Assembly (NCBI GenBank): GCA_951406725.2
Contig: OX597816.1
Span: 68,386,001-68,450,000 of the forward strand
DNA: 64,000 nucleotides
Source: Octopus vulgaris
Taxonomy: Eukaryota
Reading direction: 5' to 3'
A program made the position numbers and the translations under genes. The notes below the pieces were generated by a model. The model ran no database searches. It saw nothing but the letters and a program-made list of their open reading frames with translations, and had not been told where the DNA came from. Of the stretch, positions 12,457-26,741 are shown piece after piece; the stretch's first letter is position 1, and each line of letters opens with the position of its first letter.

Positions 12457-13006
12457 CGCGCGCGCGCACACACACACACGCACACACATACACACAGTGT
12501 ATCTGGTGCTGGTGTGTACGGTCAGAGGTATCATTGCTACTTGTGAATTTTGAATATCATGTCGAGTATCGTCCTTCATTGTACGTCCAGTAAAGTAACA
12601 TGCCTGCTACTATACTGAATTGTATGATTAGTTATGATAAACAGAGTAAATATACGAAAAAGTATGACAAACATAAGATGCAGTATATATCATTTGTCCC
12701 CTACGTACGTTTCGATATTTTGGCTATTTACATTCTCTAAAGTGGATGGTCCAAGTGCAGCTAGATTCTGAACTACAACAGTTCATTAGAGTAGACTTTA
12801 TTGCATTAGGTTTACACAGATCAAACGTCGTTTGAAGTTGGGACACATAGTAAAGCTTTATAAGTTGAAAGGGAAATAAATAGAAAGCAACAGAGAGTGG
12901 TAGAGAGAAAAAACAGAGAGAGAGTGTGTTTGTGAAAGAGAGGAGAAGAGGAAGAGAGCGAAAAGAAATATAGATAGAGACGCATACACACACTCATATA
13001 TATATA

Positions 13007-13044
<38 letters not shown>

Positions 13045-13054
13045 TGTATGTATG

Positions 13055-13097
<43 letters not shown>

Positions 13098-13166
13098 ATG
13101 TATGAATGTATATATATATATGAATGTATTTATATATATACATATGTATGTGTGTATGTATGCGTT

Positions 13167-13212
<46 letters not shown>

Positions 13213-14048
13213 CACGTGTATGTGTATATAATTTCAATCAAACATGCTTTCCTACATTCTACACACGTCCATACAAATTATCAACAGGATTCCAACTATA
13301 GGATTCTAAAACAAAGAAGTAATAACACCACGTATGCCATTATAGTTTCCTAATCCAATGCTTCCGTTTGTCTAAAGGTTTGTTAACGTTTCTCTAATAA
13401 CACTGCATCAGTGGTAGCCAAAAGTATGGTTGCACAACGTTTTCATTGATGTAAACCTATTACACTTTCACTGTTTACAAATTCTAGTAGCTGAAAAGAT
13501 TCAAAATTACTTGATAATAACATATAATAACACTTGCATAAGTATATGATCTATAATATACTGGTGCATTTATATAGATTCACTTGAAACATTTTACTAA
13601 CATTTACCAGGAAGTTTCAACCTAAATTTAACCTAAATATGTTGTTAAATTGTGTCTTAAATTTACACTGAAATACATCCTGTGTATGTCTTTCTCTCCC
13701 TCTCTCTAAATTAGATTTACAGGATGTGAGTTAGTTTGCTTTGTGCTTCTTTTTCGTTAAAATTCTTCAGAATTTCCAAGTTTTTGCCAATCTGTTGTTA
13801 CATGTACTTAGTGTTCGAGTTAATTTTCGTATTTTTTACCAATGGAGGAAGAGCTAGATGCTATCACTGAAACAAATCTGTTTCTCTGGAACTCAGTAAC
13901 ATCTTTGTGTGTATGTATACATGTATGGATGTACATGATAGTTACTTTTACTTCAAGATTTTTTGCCAATAGGGAAAGAAGCGGTATCTAACCTAGTTAC
14001 CAGGCTCTTTCATTAGAGCTTCATCATCAACAGGGTCTTGTTGAAACA

Positions 14049-14410
14049 GCAAGGGTGGCTGTGTGGTAAGAAATTTGTATTTTAACCACATGGTTCTGGT
14101 TCGTTCCCACAGCGTGCCATCTACGATAGGTGTCTTATACTATAGCCTCGCATCCACAAAGGCCTGGTGTGCGGATTTGGTTAATGGATATTGACAGAAT
14201 CCTCTGTGTGTTTGTACGCGTTTGTCTTTACCCACCGCATCACAGTCGATGTTGCTTTGTTTATGTTCCCGTGACTTAAACGTTCGGCAAAAGAAATCGA
14301 TGGAATGGATAATAGGCTTAAAAAAAGGACTGAGGTTGATTTGTTCGACGAAACCCTTCAAGGTGGCGCACCTCCATGGTTGCAATCCAGTGAGTGGAAA
14401 ATAGAAAAGG
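14049..14410 (+). mobile_element. SINE B, near full length, diverged
   Basis: Head gtggctgtgtggtaagaa...aaccacatggttctggttc; tail ccttcaaggtggcgcacctccatgg. Confidence 0.8.
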
Positions 14411-14446
14411 TTAAAAAATAGTCATGTATGCATGTATGCGTACTCG

Positions 14447-14483
<37 letters not shown>

Positions 14484-14487
<4 letters not shown>

Positions 14488-14750
14488 ATCCAAACATGAA
14501 CAAAGGGAAAATGCAAAAACGCGAGGACGTGGAATTAGTACAGTGTTATTGGACGTTCAGGAAAGGAAAGAAAAGAAAGCGGATTTCACATTTCGAGTGT
14601 AGCTCTTCATCAGAAATATAGAAAAAAGTCCAAAGAAGGGAAGACGGAGAAAGAAAATCGCCAACGATACACACGCCGTCACATATCGAAATGACCGGAA
14701 GGGAATGGGTGAAGAAAAAGTTCTTCCAAAGACAGGATAGTGCAAGAGAA
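14484..14750 (-). mobile_element. Short PLE-pLTR-like element with mini hammerhead (same family as 1385-1554)
   Basis: gttaatccaaac...cgcgaggacgtggaa...gacgttcaggaaag is the reverse complement of 1470-1554; abuts (TA)n. Confidence 0.75.
14583..14617 (-). ncRNA. Minimal hammerhead motif, canonical CUGAUGA, mutated site (GUG)
   Basis: Minus: attt-CTGATGA-a-gag-ctaca-ctc-GAAA-tg-TG-aaat. Confidence 0.65.
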
Positions 14751-14836
14751 AGAGGTATCTGTGTGTATGTGGGGGTATGTGCGTGCGTGCAGGTCTGTGT
14801 GTGTGCGTGTGTAATGATAGTACGTGTGTGGATACA

Positions 14837-14884
<48 letters not shown>

Positions 14885-15902
14885 TGTATCCACACATGTG
14901 TGCATGTGTATATGTATGCATATAAACATGAATGCATGTACATAAATATATCGGCACGCTTAAATGGATGCACATATGGAAGTTGGTGCATATGTGGATC
15001 TGATGTTTTGACTTATGTAATGTCAACAGGGATATGTGTTTGCATGTCTATATATTGCTTATATGCGTATCAACTTATTACATGGTGAACGACTTGAAAA
15101 TTAAAGATATTTTGTATACCTTTGATGGCTTGAAGATCTCGTAGACGCTTGCTGGTTTCGTGGCATTTAGTTCCTTAAGATCAGTTCTAAGGGGGTTAGT
15201 AGCGTATCCAGCTATATATGTGTGTGTGTATGTACGTATACATTGTACACCCGTACTTTGGAATTAAATAACTTATATTGGTAAAAAATCATGTAGTCAG
15301 TGGGTATATTCGATTGTAATAACCTTGTTTCATAGCTGGTGTATTTGTATTAATGATATGTAACAGCCACGGGGATTATATTAGTATATTGAAACCGACG
15401 AATATAGTCGGTCACCGTAAATTTTCTTCCTACGACGTCCCTCGCCCTGTCTTGAATTGCAGCCACTATTGTCTCAAATTATACATCACTATCATAAATA
15501 AAGAAGAATACACCACATAAAGTAGTGCCTAATATACATACAAATAAATACACACACACACTCTCTCTCTCTTTCTCTCTCTCTCTCTCAGCCACCTGTA
15601 TTCACACAAGAAGGAAAAGCCATTTCTGCCATGTTTCGGATGACAGTTCCAGTCGATGAGGATTATTCTGAGGTCAAAAACAGCCGAAAATTTCTACGTG
15701 TTCTTTGTAATGAAGCTACAGCGTTCCCTTGTTACTCAGTCCGTGACCATGTATTTTCTTGAATATTATACTTAAGACCATTTTATCCACTATCTTTATT
15801 TGAGGTTTTAAGGAGATTTTGCTGTCCTCTTATCAGACCGATTGACCGAATAAAATACGTCATTATCAGTGTTGCGTTGAGAAGAGAGAGAGAGAGAGAG
15901 AG

Positions 15903-15964
<62 letters not shown>

Positions 15965-16199
15965 ATGTGTCCAAACTTCCATATTGCATGCCATACGATT
16001 TATGATTGTAAGTCAGATTGTGCAGAGTTTATGAATATAAATCTGTGTTATGTTTGGGAAAATAGACTTGTTATATTGTTCTATATATTACTTGGTTCGG
16101 GTGATACGAAGTTGTCATATTGCTGTTGTTGCTGTTGATGCTGTTGAGCGAACGGTTTTCGTCTCAGAGCTCGCAAGATGGGGGAAGTCCGAAACGTCA

Positions 16200-16480
16200 T
16201 TTGCTCTTCGTAAGACCTGCGAGAGCATCGACGGATGGATGAACGCGCATTCAGGCTCAGCGGTTGCGTAGGAAGTCGGGGACAAGAAACAGGAAGAAAG
16301 AGTGAGAGAAAGTTGGAACGAAAGAGTACAACAGGGTTCGCCCCCACCCCCTGCCGGAGCCTCGTGGAGCTTTAGGCATTTTCGCTCAATAAACACACAC
16401 AACACCCGGTCTGGGAATAGAAACCGCGATCCTCCGACCGCGAGTCCGCTGCCCTAACCACTGGGCCATTGCGCCTCCAC
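16200..16480 (-). mobile_element. tRNA-derived SINE family C
   Basis: Minus head gtggaggcgcaaTGGCCCAGTGGttagggc...GGTTTCTATTCCcagacc (A/B boxes) followed by a non-tRNA body. Confidence 0.8.
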
Positions 16481-17036
16481 TCGTGTTGCTGCTCAAATGA
16501 AAGCTGAACTGGAATACACACCTACAAGATGAAGAACAAGTAAATTACGTTCCATACACAGTGTTATCAGTAACTCCATTTCGTACAATTCTTTAAAACC
16601 CATCGAAGATCTTTACGACGAATCTTCTTTAAAATATACTACAACGAAGTTAAAGTGACTGCTATTGTATGCGTAGATGTTTATATTATAATTAAATTAA
16701 AGATTTTATTGCTATTTGAGCTAAAACAAATATATGATCAAAGATTTCCCATAAGAAACAAATACATTAAAATGCATACTTATATTCATATATACGTATA
16801 TATATATAAATATACATACACGCAGTCACAAGCGCACACACACGCATACACATGTGCAAATAAATACATACATAAATACATACATACATACACCCGTACA
16901 TAAATGTATAACACTGCACTATGGAACAAAGCTTCTGGCATTTTTTATTGCACGTTTTCCTGTGCATCATAAATCAACATTAAGATAAGAGAATACAATA
17001 GCAAATTTTATTTCGCATATATACATATATATATAT

Positions 17037-17107
<71 letters not shown>

Positions 17108-17290
17108 GTGTGTGTGTGTATGTATATATATATATATGTATATATACATGTATATATATGCATATATATATATGTATAACTATACATATATATATATATG
17201 TATTTCTGTTTATATGTATTAGTTTAAGTACATATGTATGTGCACATATGTATGTTTTAAATACATATACATACTTAAACACGAATATAT

Positions 17291-17355
<65 letters not shown>

Positions 17356-17396
17356 TGATATATATATAGATATAAATCCATCTATCTATCTATCTA

Positions 17397-17493
<97 letters not shown>

Positions 17494-18249
17494 CTTAAAT
17501 ATATGCTCACATTTATTCATACATACATACGTAGACGCATACATGCATACTTACACTTATGCAAACTCAATAAAGTAATTAGACATGGTTCTTTCATCTT
17601 TAAGTTATCCATATCTATTTCTTGCCTTCATTTTTATCATGTATTATTGACTTTGTAATACAGATCTAAACAGCTAGCTAGAGAATTGAGAAGAATTAGT
17701 GAAATTAATCATATCATACGAACATACTTAGAAAGAATTGAAAGAAATAAATAAATACCCCTGTAAATTGGTATACAACTACTGCTCTATCTCCATGTAC
17801 ATTGCGCAATTCATCAACGGTTGACAGTTAAATGAGAATCGTATTGAAAAAAGTTTTTTTTCCCATTTATTGCAAGATTTGCCAATTTTTTTCTATTACA
17901 GATGTTCACGTATGTGTATATGTGCGTGCATTCGAGCATATGAGTGTATGTGTATGAGAAATTGTATGTTTTTGAAAGCAGGATTTGAATGAAAATACCA
18001 TAAAACATCATTTAGAGTAATTTATGTGGCCATAGAGTTTAAAATACGAATATTGTAATATATTAATATACAAAGGAATACAAAGATAGCATGTTGATGC
18101 ATATATGTACATAGAAACAGTTGAGGACATGTAAATATACACATACTCATACGCATGCACCTTTATGTACAGTAATAAATATAAGCAATACACACATATA
18201 TATCCGCGCACACATAAGTATGTCTAAACATAGTCATATAAATATACTT

Positions 18250-18539
18250 GCATATGTATGTATCTATCTATCTTTCTATGTATGTATGTATGTATGTACG
18301 TATGTATGTATGCATGTATGTATGTATGTATGTATGTATGTATGTATGTATGTATGTATGTATGTATGTACGTACGTACGTACGTATGTATGTATGTATG
18401 TATGTATGTATGTATGTATGTATGTATGTATCTGCCTGCCTGTCTATCTGCCGAACTGCTTAGCTGTTTGTCTATATCTGTCTGTCTGTCTATATCTGTT
18501 TGTCTGTCTATATCTGTCTGTCTGTCTATATCTGTCTGT

Positions 18540-18606
<67 letters not shown>

Positions 18607-18620
18607 CATACATACATACC
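18250..18620. repeat. (TATG)n/(TCTG)n/(TATC)n compound microsatellite
   Basis: Directly visible. Confidence 0.95.
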
Positions 18621-18843
18621 CACATAACGTATAGGCACATTTGTATTTACATGGCTATTTAGATGTAAATATATGCATACATATGTACGTGCTTGCATGA
18701 ATATATGCATATGCAAGCCGTATGATTACCGACACTAATATGCAGTGATACACACAGGCACACACATATATAGGGAGTGTAAAGGAGGGCGAGAGACTGA
18801 TAGGGACATATAACCTTGGAGAGAGAGCGAGTGAGAGCGAGAG

Positions 18844-18880
<37 letters not shown>

Positions 18881-19072
18881 TATATACGTATGTATGTGTG
18901 TGTGTGCATGTATGTTAATGCTTTTTAAGTTTAGCTATAACAACAATTTTATTCCATGCAAGTTCATTATTCTTTAGCAAGAATATCATTGGCTGTGATT
19001 TGGAAGTTTCAGCCAGAAAAGCTATCATCCGACAATGGCTTAGCTATCCGAAACTTGGAAGTCATTAAAACT

Positions 19073-19104
<32 letters not shown>

Positions 19105-19202
19105 GATATACATATATATATACATATATATATATATACACATATATATGTATGTATATAGACATATATATATGTATGTATATATATATACATATATATA
19201 CG

Positions 19203-19244
<42 letters not shown>

Positions 19245-19320
19245 AATAAAAAATATGCATATATATAAACATATATGTACGTACCTACCTCTACATGTAC
19301 ATATACACGCATATATGTGT

Positions 19321-19692
19321 ACAGGACACCAAAAGGACGTCGAACACATAGAGAGACGAAAAACATAGACACAAACCAAGGAACAAGACAAGCAAAAAAA
19401 GGAGATACAGGACAATAAGCACAACAAAAAATCACCTTCTTCAGTCGCTAAAGTTTCATCTACTAAACGTTTCGAAGGATAAAAGCGAGACGTATACTTC
19501 GAATGAAAAATTCCTTCCTGCGAAAAGCAAATCAATTAAAATTCTGAGATCTTGTCGCAGAGGGGTAAAAAAAGCAAGACGGTAACGACAGTACAAACAT
19601 ATAAACAGTAAAAAATATATATATAAACAGTGGAAAAATAAAAGTATAACAGTGAGAGACAGGACAAGGAGAACAAGATAAGAAGGGCTGTT
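19321..19692 (-). repeat. Unclassified microsatellite-embedded interspersed element
   Basis: Bounded by TA-type repeats; end resembles 6600-6640; GAAACGTT and CTGAAGA occur on the minus strand but not in a foldable HHR. Confidence 0.45.
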
Positions 19693-19743
19693 ATATATAT
19701 ATGTGTGTGTGTGTGTATGTGTGTTTAAACAGGCATACATACA

Positions 19744-20633
19744 TAAGGGTGATACCCAAAAGTAACCGGAAACGTTCTCTGCGGGACAAGTCCGTTGTAG
19801 CTCAGGCTTGCTCCGCTAGAAGCCACTTGATGCGACCTCCAGACATCAGTCTGCTGACCGGCGTCGTCATCTATATTCATACTGCTACGTGGGGTGTATT
19901 TGTTTTGTAGTGCTTCTCTCCTGCTTGTGGATTTTTGTGATGATTGAGAGGAAGAAAGAACCTGCTTCAGTGAAACTCTTTTTTTTTCTGCTGGGGAAAA
20001 TGGCGGCCGAATTATTTGACATGCTTCAAAGAGCTTACAAGGACGTTGCCATTAGCCAAACAGAAGTTTATGTGTGGTTTCCACGCTTTAAGATTGGTCA
20101 CTTGTCGCTTGAAGACCAACCTAGTTCAGGACGACCGTCGACCTCCCGAACGATTGAAAACATCACGAAAATTCGTGAACTGAACTTGGAGGACCGTCAT
20201 CGAACAAATGACGAATTTGTTGAAATGACCAGTGTGTCCTGAAACTCCAACTATCGAATATTGAGCGAGGAATTGCGAACGAAAAGAGTTGCAGCATAAT
20301 TTGTGCCTCGCTTGCTCATGGAACATCAAAAGCAGTCACGACGGAATGAGTTTCGTGAACTGAAAGAATAGCTAGAAGTTGATCTTGACTTTGTTTTTGA
20401 AGGTCATCACTAGTGACGAAAGCTTGTGCTACAGAATTTGCAAATTTGGAAAAGATGGAGGTGTTAAAAGGCATCACTTCGCAAAAATTCTAGCATTGCT
20501 TCGAATAGTGGAAAACAAGCTTGGACCGATGCACTGCTTCAAATGGAGAATAATTTGAACGCGATAAAAGTGTAAACATGTAAAGCTAAGTGAATAAAAT
20601 GATGTTGCGGTTTCAATTCAGTATCCCCTCATA
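19744..20633 (+). mobile_element. Mariner-like transposon, internally deleted transposase pseudogene
   Basis: VYVWFPRFK...LEDQPSSGRPST, FVPRLL, VITSDES, then a jump to the C-terminal WKTSLDRCTASNGE; degenerate TIRs (agggtgatacccaaaagtaaccgg / gcggtttcaattcagtatcccctc) in TA context. Confidence 0.9.
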
Positions 20634-20809
20634 CATACACAAATACACACACACACACACACACACGCATACACACACACACACATACATATATATATAT
20701 ATTTATATATACATATATAGACTGAGAGAGCGAGAGAAACTACTTGTTTTAAATCTTTCAGCGAGAGATATATAGTAACCCTACGGAAGAATAAAGTTTA
20801 TTTGCCAAC

Positions 20810-21040
20810 CGAATGTGGCGGTCCTATAAAAAACGATATTACTGCTGTTTAAACCCCAAGAAAACATCTTTTCCAGCTGACTATCGACACAGTCTGTGTC
20901 CGTACAGAGTTTGCAAGCGACGTCATCCATTACATCTTCAGCCTTACGTGATACAGTCCATGCTTTCTGGGTGTATATCCATCTTCAGTGTGAGACAATC
21001 GCTGCCTGTTGATGAAAGCTTTCTTTACTTGCAAACACAA
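20810..21040 (-). mobile_element. Diverged relative of the 5097-5607 retrozyme-like unit
   Basis: tattactgctg...cccca.g..aacatc...tcgacac shared with 5155-5212; rod closed by gtttgcaag/cttgcaaac around an HHR-like motif. Confidence 0.55.
20953..20991 (-). ncRNA. Degenerate hammerhead motif
   Basis: Minus: aca-CTGAAGA-tgg-atatacac-cca-GAAA-gcatgg-AC-tgt; the U of the cleavage site is lost. Confidence 0.5.
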
Positions 21041-21261
21041 TATATCCTTTAAACGACAGTCGCTGATCTCGTATATATATAGGCGCCGGAGTGGCTGTGT
21101 GGTAAGAAGCTTGCTTCCCAACCACATGCTTCCGGATTCAGTCTCACTGAGGGCACCTTGGGCAAGTGTCTTCTACCATAGCCTCGGGCCGACCAAAACC
21201 TCGTGAGTGGATTTGGTAGGTGAAAACTGAAAGAAGCCTCTCGTATACATAATTATATACA

Positions 21262-21331
<70 letters not shown>

Positions 21332-21881
21332 CAAATTATTACATTATATAAAAGGGCTTAGTAAAATAAATTACTTTGCCGCATACTGAACTCATTAGAA
21401 ATAGCAGCTAAAAAACTTTTTAAAACTATTTCTAATACTTAAAGAAAACCTCTCTCATATAGTGTTTGCTCAATTCAACTCACGAAAGTATGGGGGTAAA
21501 GACATCAAAAAATCAAATGCAAAGGTTATTTGAGAACGTACGTTTCAAGATTAGTCAACACGACACTTCTATCATCAGCTCAGAAACTCCTTGGTTTGGA
21601 TTTGAAAACACTGAAAGTGGGAGCATACCCTTTCGGCTTCTCATCGCTTCTGAAGATCTGCTCGCAACTAACAGTGCCAACACACTTTAAGTATTAGAAA
21701 TAGTTTTAAAAAGTTTTTTAGCTGCTATTTCTAATGAGTTCAGTATGCGGCAAAGTAATTTATTTTACTAAGCCCTTTTATATAATGTAATAATTTGAAT
21801 TCGCCTTAAATGGTCCCTTTGCATACTGAACACTTGGTGAAATTGATTAATAATTAATTAATTTTACCCTCAATTGTTGGA
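21332..21881 (-). mobile_element. PLE-type inverted-pLTR insertion with perfect 113-bp inverted repeat
   Basis: 21332-21444 is the exact reverse complement of 21685-21797; 84-bp one-sided extension; HHR in the spacer. Confidence 0.8.
21531..21582 (-). ncRNA. Type-I hammerhead motif, canonical core
   Basis: Minus: tgag-CTGATGA-t-aga-agt...act-aa-tct-t-GAAA-cgtacg-TT-ctca; ACGTACGT palindrome; GUU site. Confidence 0.75.
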
Positions 21882-22161
21882 ATATATATACATACATATA
21901 TATATATATGTGCGTATATGTATGTATTTGTGTGTCTGTGTTTGTCACCCCACTATCGCTTGACAACCTATGTTGGTGTGTTTACGTCTCTGTAACTTAG
22001 AGATTCGGGAAAATGGACCGATAGAATAAATACTAGACTTACAAAGAATATATTCTATAATTGATTAAAAATCACTTTTTCAATTTTCTTGCAGCACAAA
22101 TTGATTTTCTTCATTGAAGAAGATGCATAGTATTGGTGGTGGTGTGTGTGTGAGTGTGTAT

Positions 22162-22236
<75 letters not shown>

Positions 22237-22246
22237 CTATACAAAA

Positions 22247-22330
<84 letters not shown>

Positions 22331-23527
22331 ACTCACACATATATGTATATGCAGTTATATGGAGAGTTAGAGAGAAAGAGAGTGAGGGAGAGGGACGGAG
22401 GGAGACTGACAGAAAAAGAGAGAAAGTGATGGAGAGAGACTGAGCAAGAGAGAGGGAAAGGGTGGGTCGGAGAGGAAGACAGCGTAATAAATATTCCTTT
22501 TGATGTAGTTGCAAAAAGACTAACAACGAGAGAGAAAGGCATAAGTATGTGTGCTTGTTGTCTAAGATTGATTTGAATAGTTCTTTGACCGGTTTCAATG
22601 ATTTTTGCACCACGAATTTTCTTTATATGTGTTCTTTAGCTTATTTCGTTTAATCTATTTGCATATACCAGCAACCTACATACCTACCTACCTACCTGCA
22701 AACATACACACATACACATACACACGCACACACACACACACACAAACATATATATACATACATATATATGTATGTATGTATGTATGTAGGTATGTATGTC
22801 TGCATGTATTTATGTGTGCATATGTGCATTTTTATGGGAACGTACATCTGTATATTCACTTGGTATATATACATACACATACATACATAAACATGCACAT
22901 ACACACATATACTTACATATGTGTGTGAATTTTGCATAGTATACTATCTTTTATATTTGATATATGATATATATGATATATTTTTCATTATGTTTCTATT
23001 TTCATACGTATTTGCACATATAAATATGTATATATGTGCGAGTGTATGTACGCGTGTGTGAATGTGTGAGTATGTGTGTATGAACTATGTGTGCATGTGT
23101 GTATGTTTGTGTGTGTGTCTAAGCAGGAAAAAAAAACCCCACAAATTCATATGAGATGAATTTTTTCATGATACCAATTTCACGTAGTTGCGAATTTGTG
23201 CTGAGAAAAATCTTTCCTCGAGTATCGAGGCTCATTTTACAATACATCATTCTGAGTTCTTTATCTACGGATATCGTTCCCATTGGTTGGTTCTCAATGC
23301 GATTTGTTATCATTTTACATTGTTGCTTGAAGAGGTTTCTCTCTTTGTTATCATTTTTATTGCATGCTTCCCATATATATTTCGTTGCTTTTGGACGCCA
23401 TTTTTCATTTATTCATTGACATGCACGCATGGACCTAAATTCATATTAATGTATGTATATAGCTAAGTAAGTACGTATATAAGTATATAGAAATGTTAAA
23501 AGTTATATATATATATATTTGTATATG

Positions 23528-23616
<89 letters not shown>

Positions 23617-25130
23617 ACACACATACACGTACACATACACTTACACACACACACTCACACGCAAACACACACACCCTCATATACGCAAATACACACTCAT
23701 ACACACATATATGTATATATGTGGAAATGGAATAATATGTTTGAAAATGCACTCAATAACTTTTAGTCTGGCGTACGTATATTAAAACCCGCGCCCGCCC
23801 GCACACAGTCTCTTTCAATACCTCCCTTCCTCTCTTTATCTTTCTCTCTCTCTCTCTTTCTCTTTTTCTCACACCCGTACACATGCACACATGAAAGCAT
23901 ATGATAGATTAAATGTAAAAGCAATATATAGAAACAGCGAACCGTAACTATCAGTCATCGAAATCTAACAAAACAGGAAAAAACTTTAAAATAAAAAAAA
24001 ACGAACCAAAATCGGAAAATTAAGCGCCAGGCAAATCACGTAAATGTACAGGATGGTAAATAAATTTATAGAATAAAGAAGGAATTGAGATATACAGGAT
24101 ATCAAGAACAATGTAGCCAGCAATCACTGAACCATAGATTTAAAAAACCAGTATATCTTTTGAGGGAAACAATTTAAGCCAGAAGAAATGAGAAAACAAG
24201 ATAGAATAACCTCAATAGACATGTTATGGTGACAAGTAATTTTTAACCTTGGAATATCAGAAGAACAAAAGCTAAAACAAGGAATAGACTTCAGTGATAA
24301 ACAAAGAAATTCGTAATAATAGATCAAGACGTAGATATACACAATCGAAGGAGGCTAATATAAACTTATTACTGGCAACGCATTAACAAATGAAACCACG
24401 ACAATCATAGCTAACATCTTAGGAACAACGTAAAACAAAAGTGGAGACCAGCTACATTTCTTTTTACCTAATTCTGGTAATTTACATTATCAAAGAATTA
24501 AACACAGGGCATCTCTCTACATACATCACTGAACTATTATTGCTGAACTGCATAATTGTCTTTCCAATTTTCCTTTTTTTTTTACCTGGGACTTTTTCTG
24601 CTTCGAGGTTGTTCGTTTCCACATTAAAACAAGCTTGAGGCAGGAGAAACTATCACGAGTAATTGGTCGAGGGTCTGGTCAAATGTATATATATATATAT
24701 TACTGTTTTCCATCTCTGATATTCATGATATTATATCGTCCGTCGATTGTAGATACATATCTGAGGATGGAAACTACACTAAGAATACATCAACAAACAC
24801 ACACACGAGACCATTATGTTCCACATATGCAATTATTCAAAATAAGTTTACCGATTTCGTAAAACTCCTAAAAGACTTAATCTGCGATATCTTACACAAC
24901 CGGCTTTCTTAAAAAAAGTACAAAGACTAACGTAAACGCTACTGCCTGCGTGGATATAGATAGAATTGAAGTTAACGCTTTATTGCTACTGAGCTGCAGT
25001 AAATATATGGTGAGCAGTTTCAAAGTGCAAAGAGTTGGAATGAAAGGAAATTCATGAAAATGAAAGAAAACTCAAAGCTGGACCTCTACGAGTTTTTTTC
25101 TTCGTGCGATAACACCGTTGTAACAAAAAC

Positions 25131-25442
<312 letters not shown>

Positions 25443-25925
25443 TATTTACGTGTGTGTGTTTCTCTGCGTGTGTGCACAGCAGCATAACTGAAACAAATTT
25501 GAATATTACAAAGCCTTACTGTGGATGACATACGAATGGAAAGGGACTGTTTCTATGTTAATGATGTGTTGCAAAAAAAAAAAAAGGAAGCAAAACGAAA
25601 AAACACAGAAATAAAAGAGTCTCCAGAGGAATTGTTTCACGGGTTGTAAATTGCTTCTCCAACACGTTTCCTGTTTTCTTACCTGATGAATAGCGTGCAT
25701 CAGCTTTTGCATAAAGCAGTCATAAATCTAGCTAGCACTGTTGTTGATAATCTAATTATCATAATTCTGCATTTAACGGCTCATAATTAATTTCAACAAT
25801 ATCTATTCTGTGTACAATAGTGCGTACATCAGAAGAAAGGAAGTATAAATTATATAGGTGTATGTATGGTCGTGTAATTAAGAAACTTGCTTTGTAGCCA
25901 CCCGATATATATATATATATATATA

Positions 25926-26244
25926 TATAAAGGCAAAATAATGTGAAAAAAATTACAGAAGACTTGTATCATAAGTATATTTATATACTTATGTTACAAA
26001 AATGTTATAAAAATTTTTTTGTATAGTAACATTGTTTTGGGAGAATTTTTCGTATTTTCTTTTCAAATTTCTCAAATTTCTTTACCGATATTGTGTCACC
26101 TCTTCGCAGAAAATACGAAACCGATTATTTCTACAAAAACAATGTTACTATACACAACATTTTTCTAACATAACAATTTAACTATACTCTTTAACCATAT
26201 AACACAAGTCTAGTAGTTTTGTTTCACTTATTTTGTCTCTTATA
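25926..26244. repeat. Diverged fold-back element
   Basis: gtatagtaacattgttt...tttcgtattttct pairs with agaaaatacgaaa...aaacaatgttactatac; outer caaaataa.gtgaaa / tttcacttattttg. Confidence 0.75.
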
Positions 26245-26312
26245 CGTCCAACCACGTGCTTTCACATACCAACTCCCTTGTTGTTTAATTGAAATGTTGT
26301 GTATATACTCTT

Positions 26313-26515
26313 AGTCTTTTACTTGTTTGCTGTCATTTGACTGTGCCCATGCTGGAGCACCGCCTTTAGTCAAGCAAGTCGACCCCAGGACTTATTCTTT
26401 GTAAGCATAGTACTTATTCTATCGGTCTCTTTTGCCGAACCGCTAAGTTACGGGGACGTAAACACACCACCATCGACTGTCAAGCAATGTTGGGGGTGGG
26501 GCAAACACAGACATA

Positions 26516-26565
<50 letters not shown>

Positions 26566-26741
26566 CATACATATATACGACGGGTTCCTTTCAGTTTCCG
26601 TCTACCAAATCCACTCACAAGGCTTTGGTCGGCCCGAGGCTATAGTAGAAGACACTTGCCCAAGATGCCGCGCAGTTGGACTCAACTGAGAAAGTGTGGT
26701 TGGTAATCAAGCTACTTTCCATACAGCTACTCGTACGCCTA
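26313..26741 (-). mobile_element. SINE B, full length with internal (TG)/(TA) tract
   Basis: Head (gacacttgcccaag, ggtcggcccgaggctatag), microsatellite ~26505-26578, tail (catgctggagcaccgcct, ttttacttgttt). Confidence 0.9.

Larger units (their letters stand above)
21081..22050 (+). mobile_element. SINE B split by a nested insertion in its internal microsatellite
   Basis: Head 21081-21245 (ccttgggcaagtgtcttcta); tail 21925-22050 (gcttgacaacc...gaccgatagaataa). Confidence 0.85.

Noticed and set aside
16400-16480. tRNA gene
   Set aside because: A/B boxes are present, but there is no acceptor stem and it continues into a SINE body; the same applies to 36571-36645 and the SINE A heads.
19425-19480. 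Permuted (type II) hammerhead on the minus strand
   Set aside because: GAAAC and CTGAAGA are present, but stems I and II cannot be paired convincingly.
25640-25710. CTGATGA / CTGATGC...GAAACGTGTT motifs
   Set aside because: No supporting stems on either strand.
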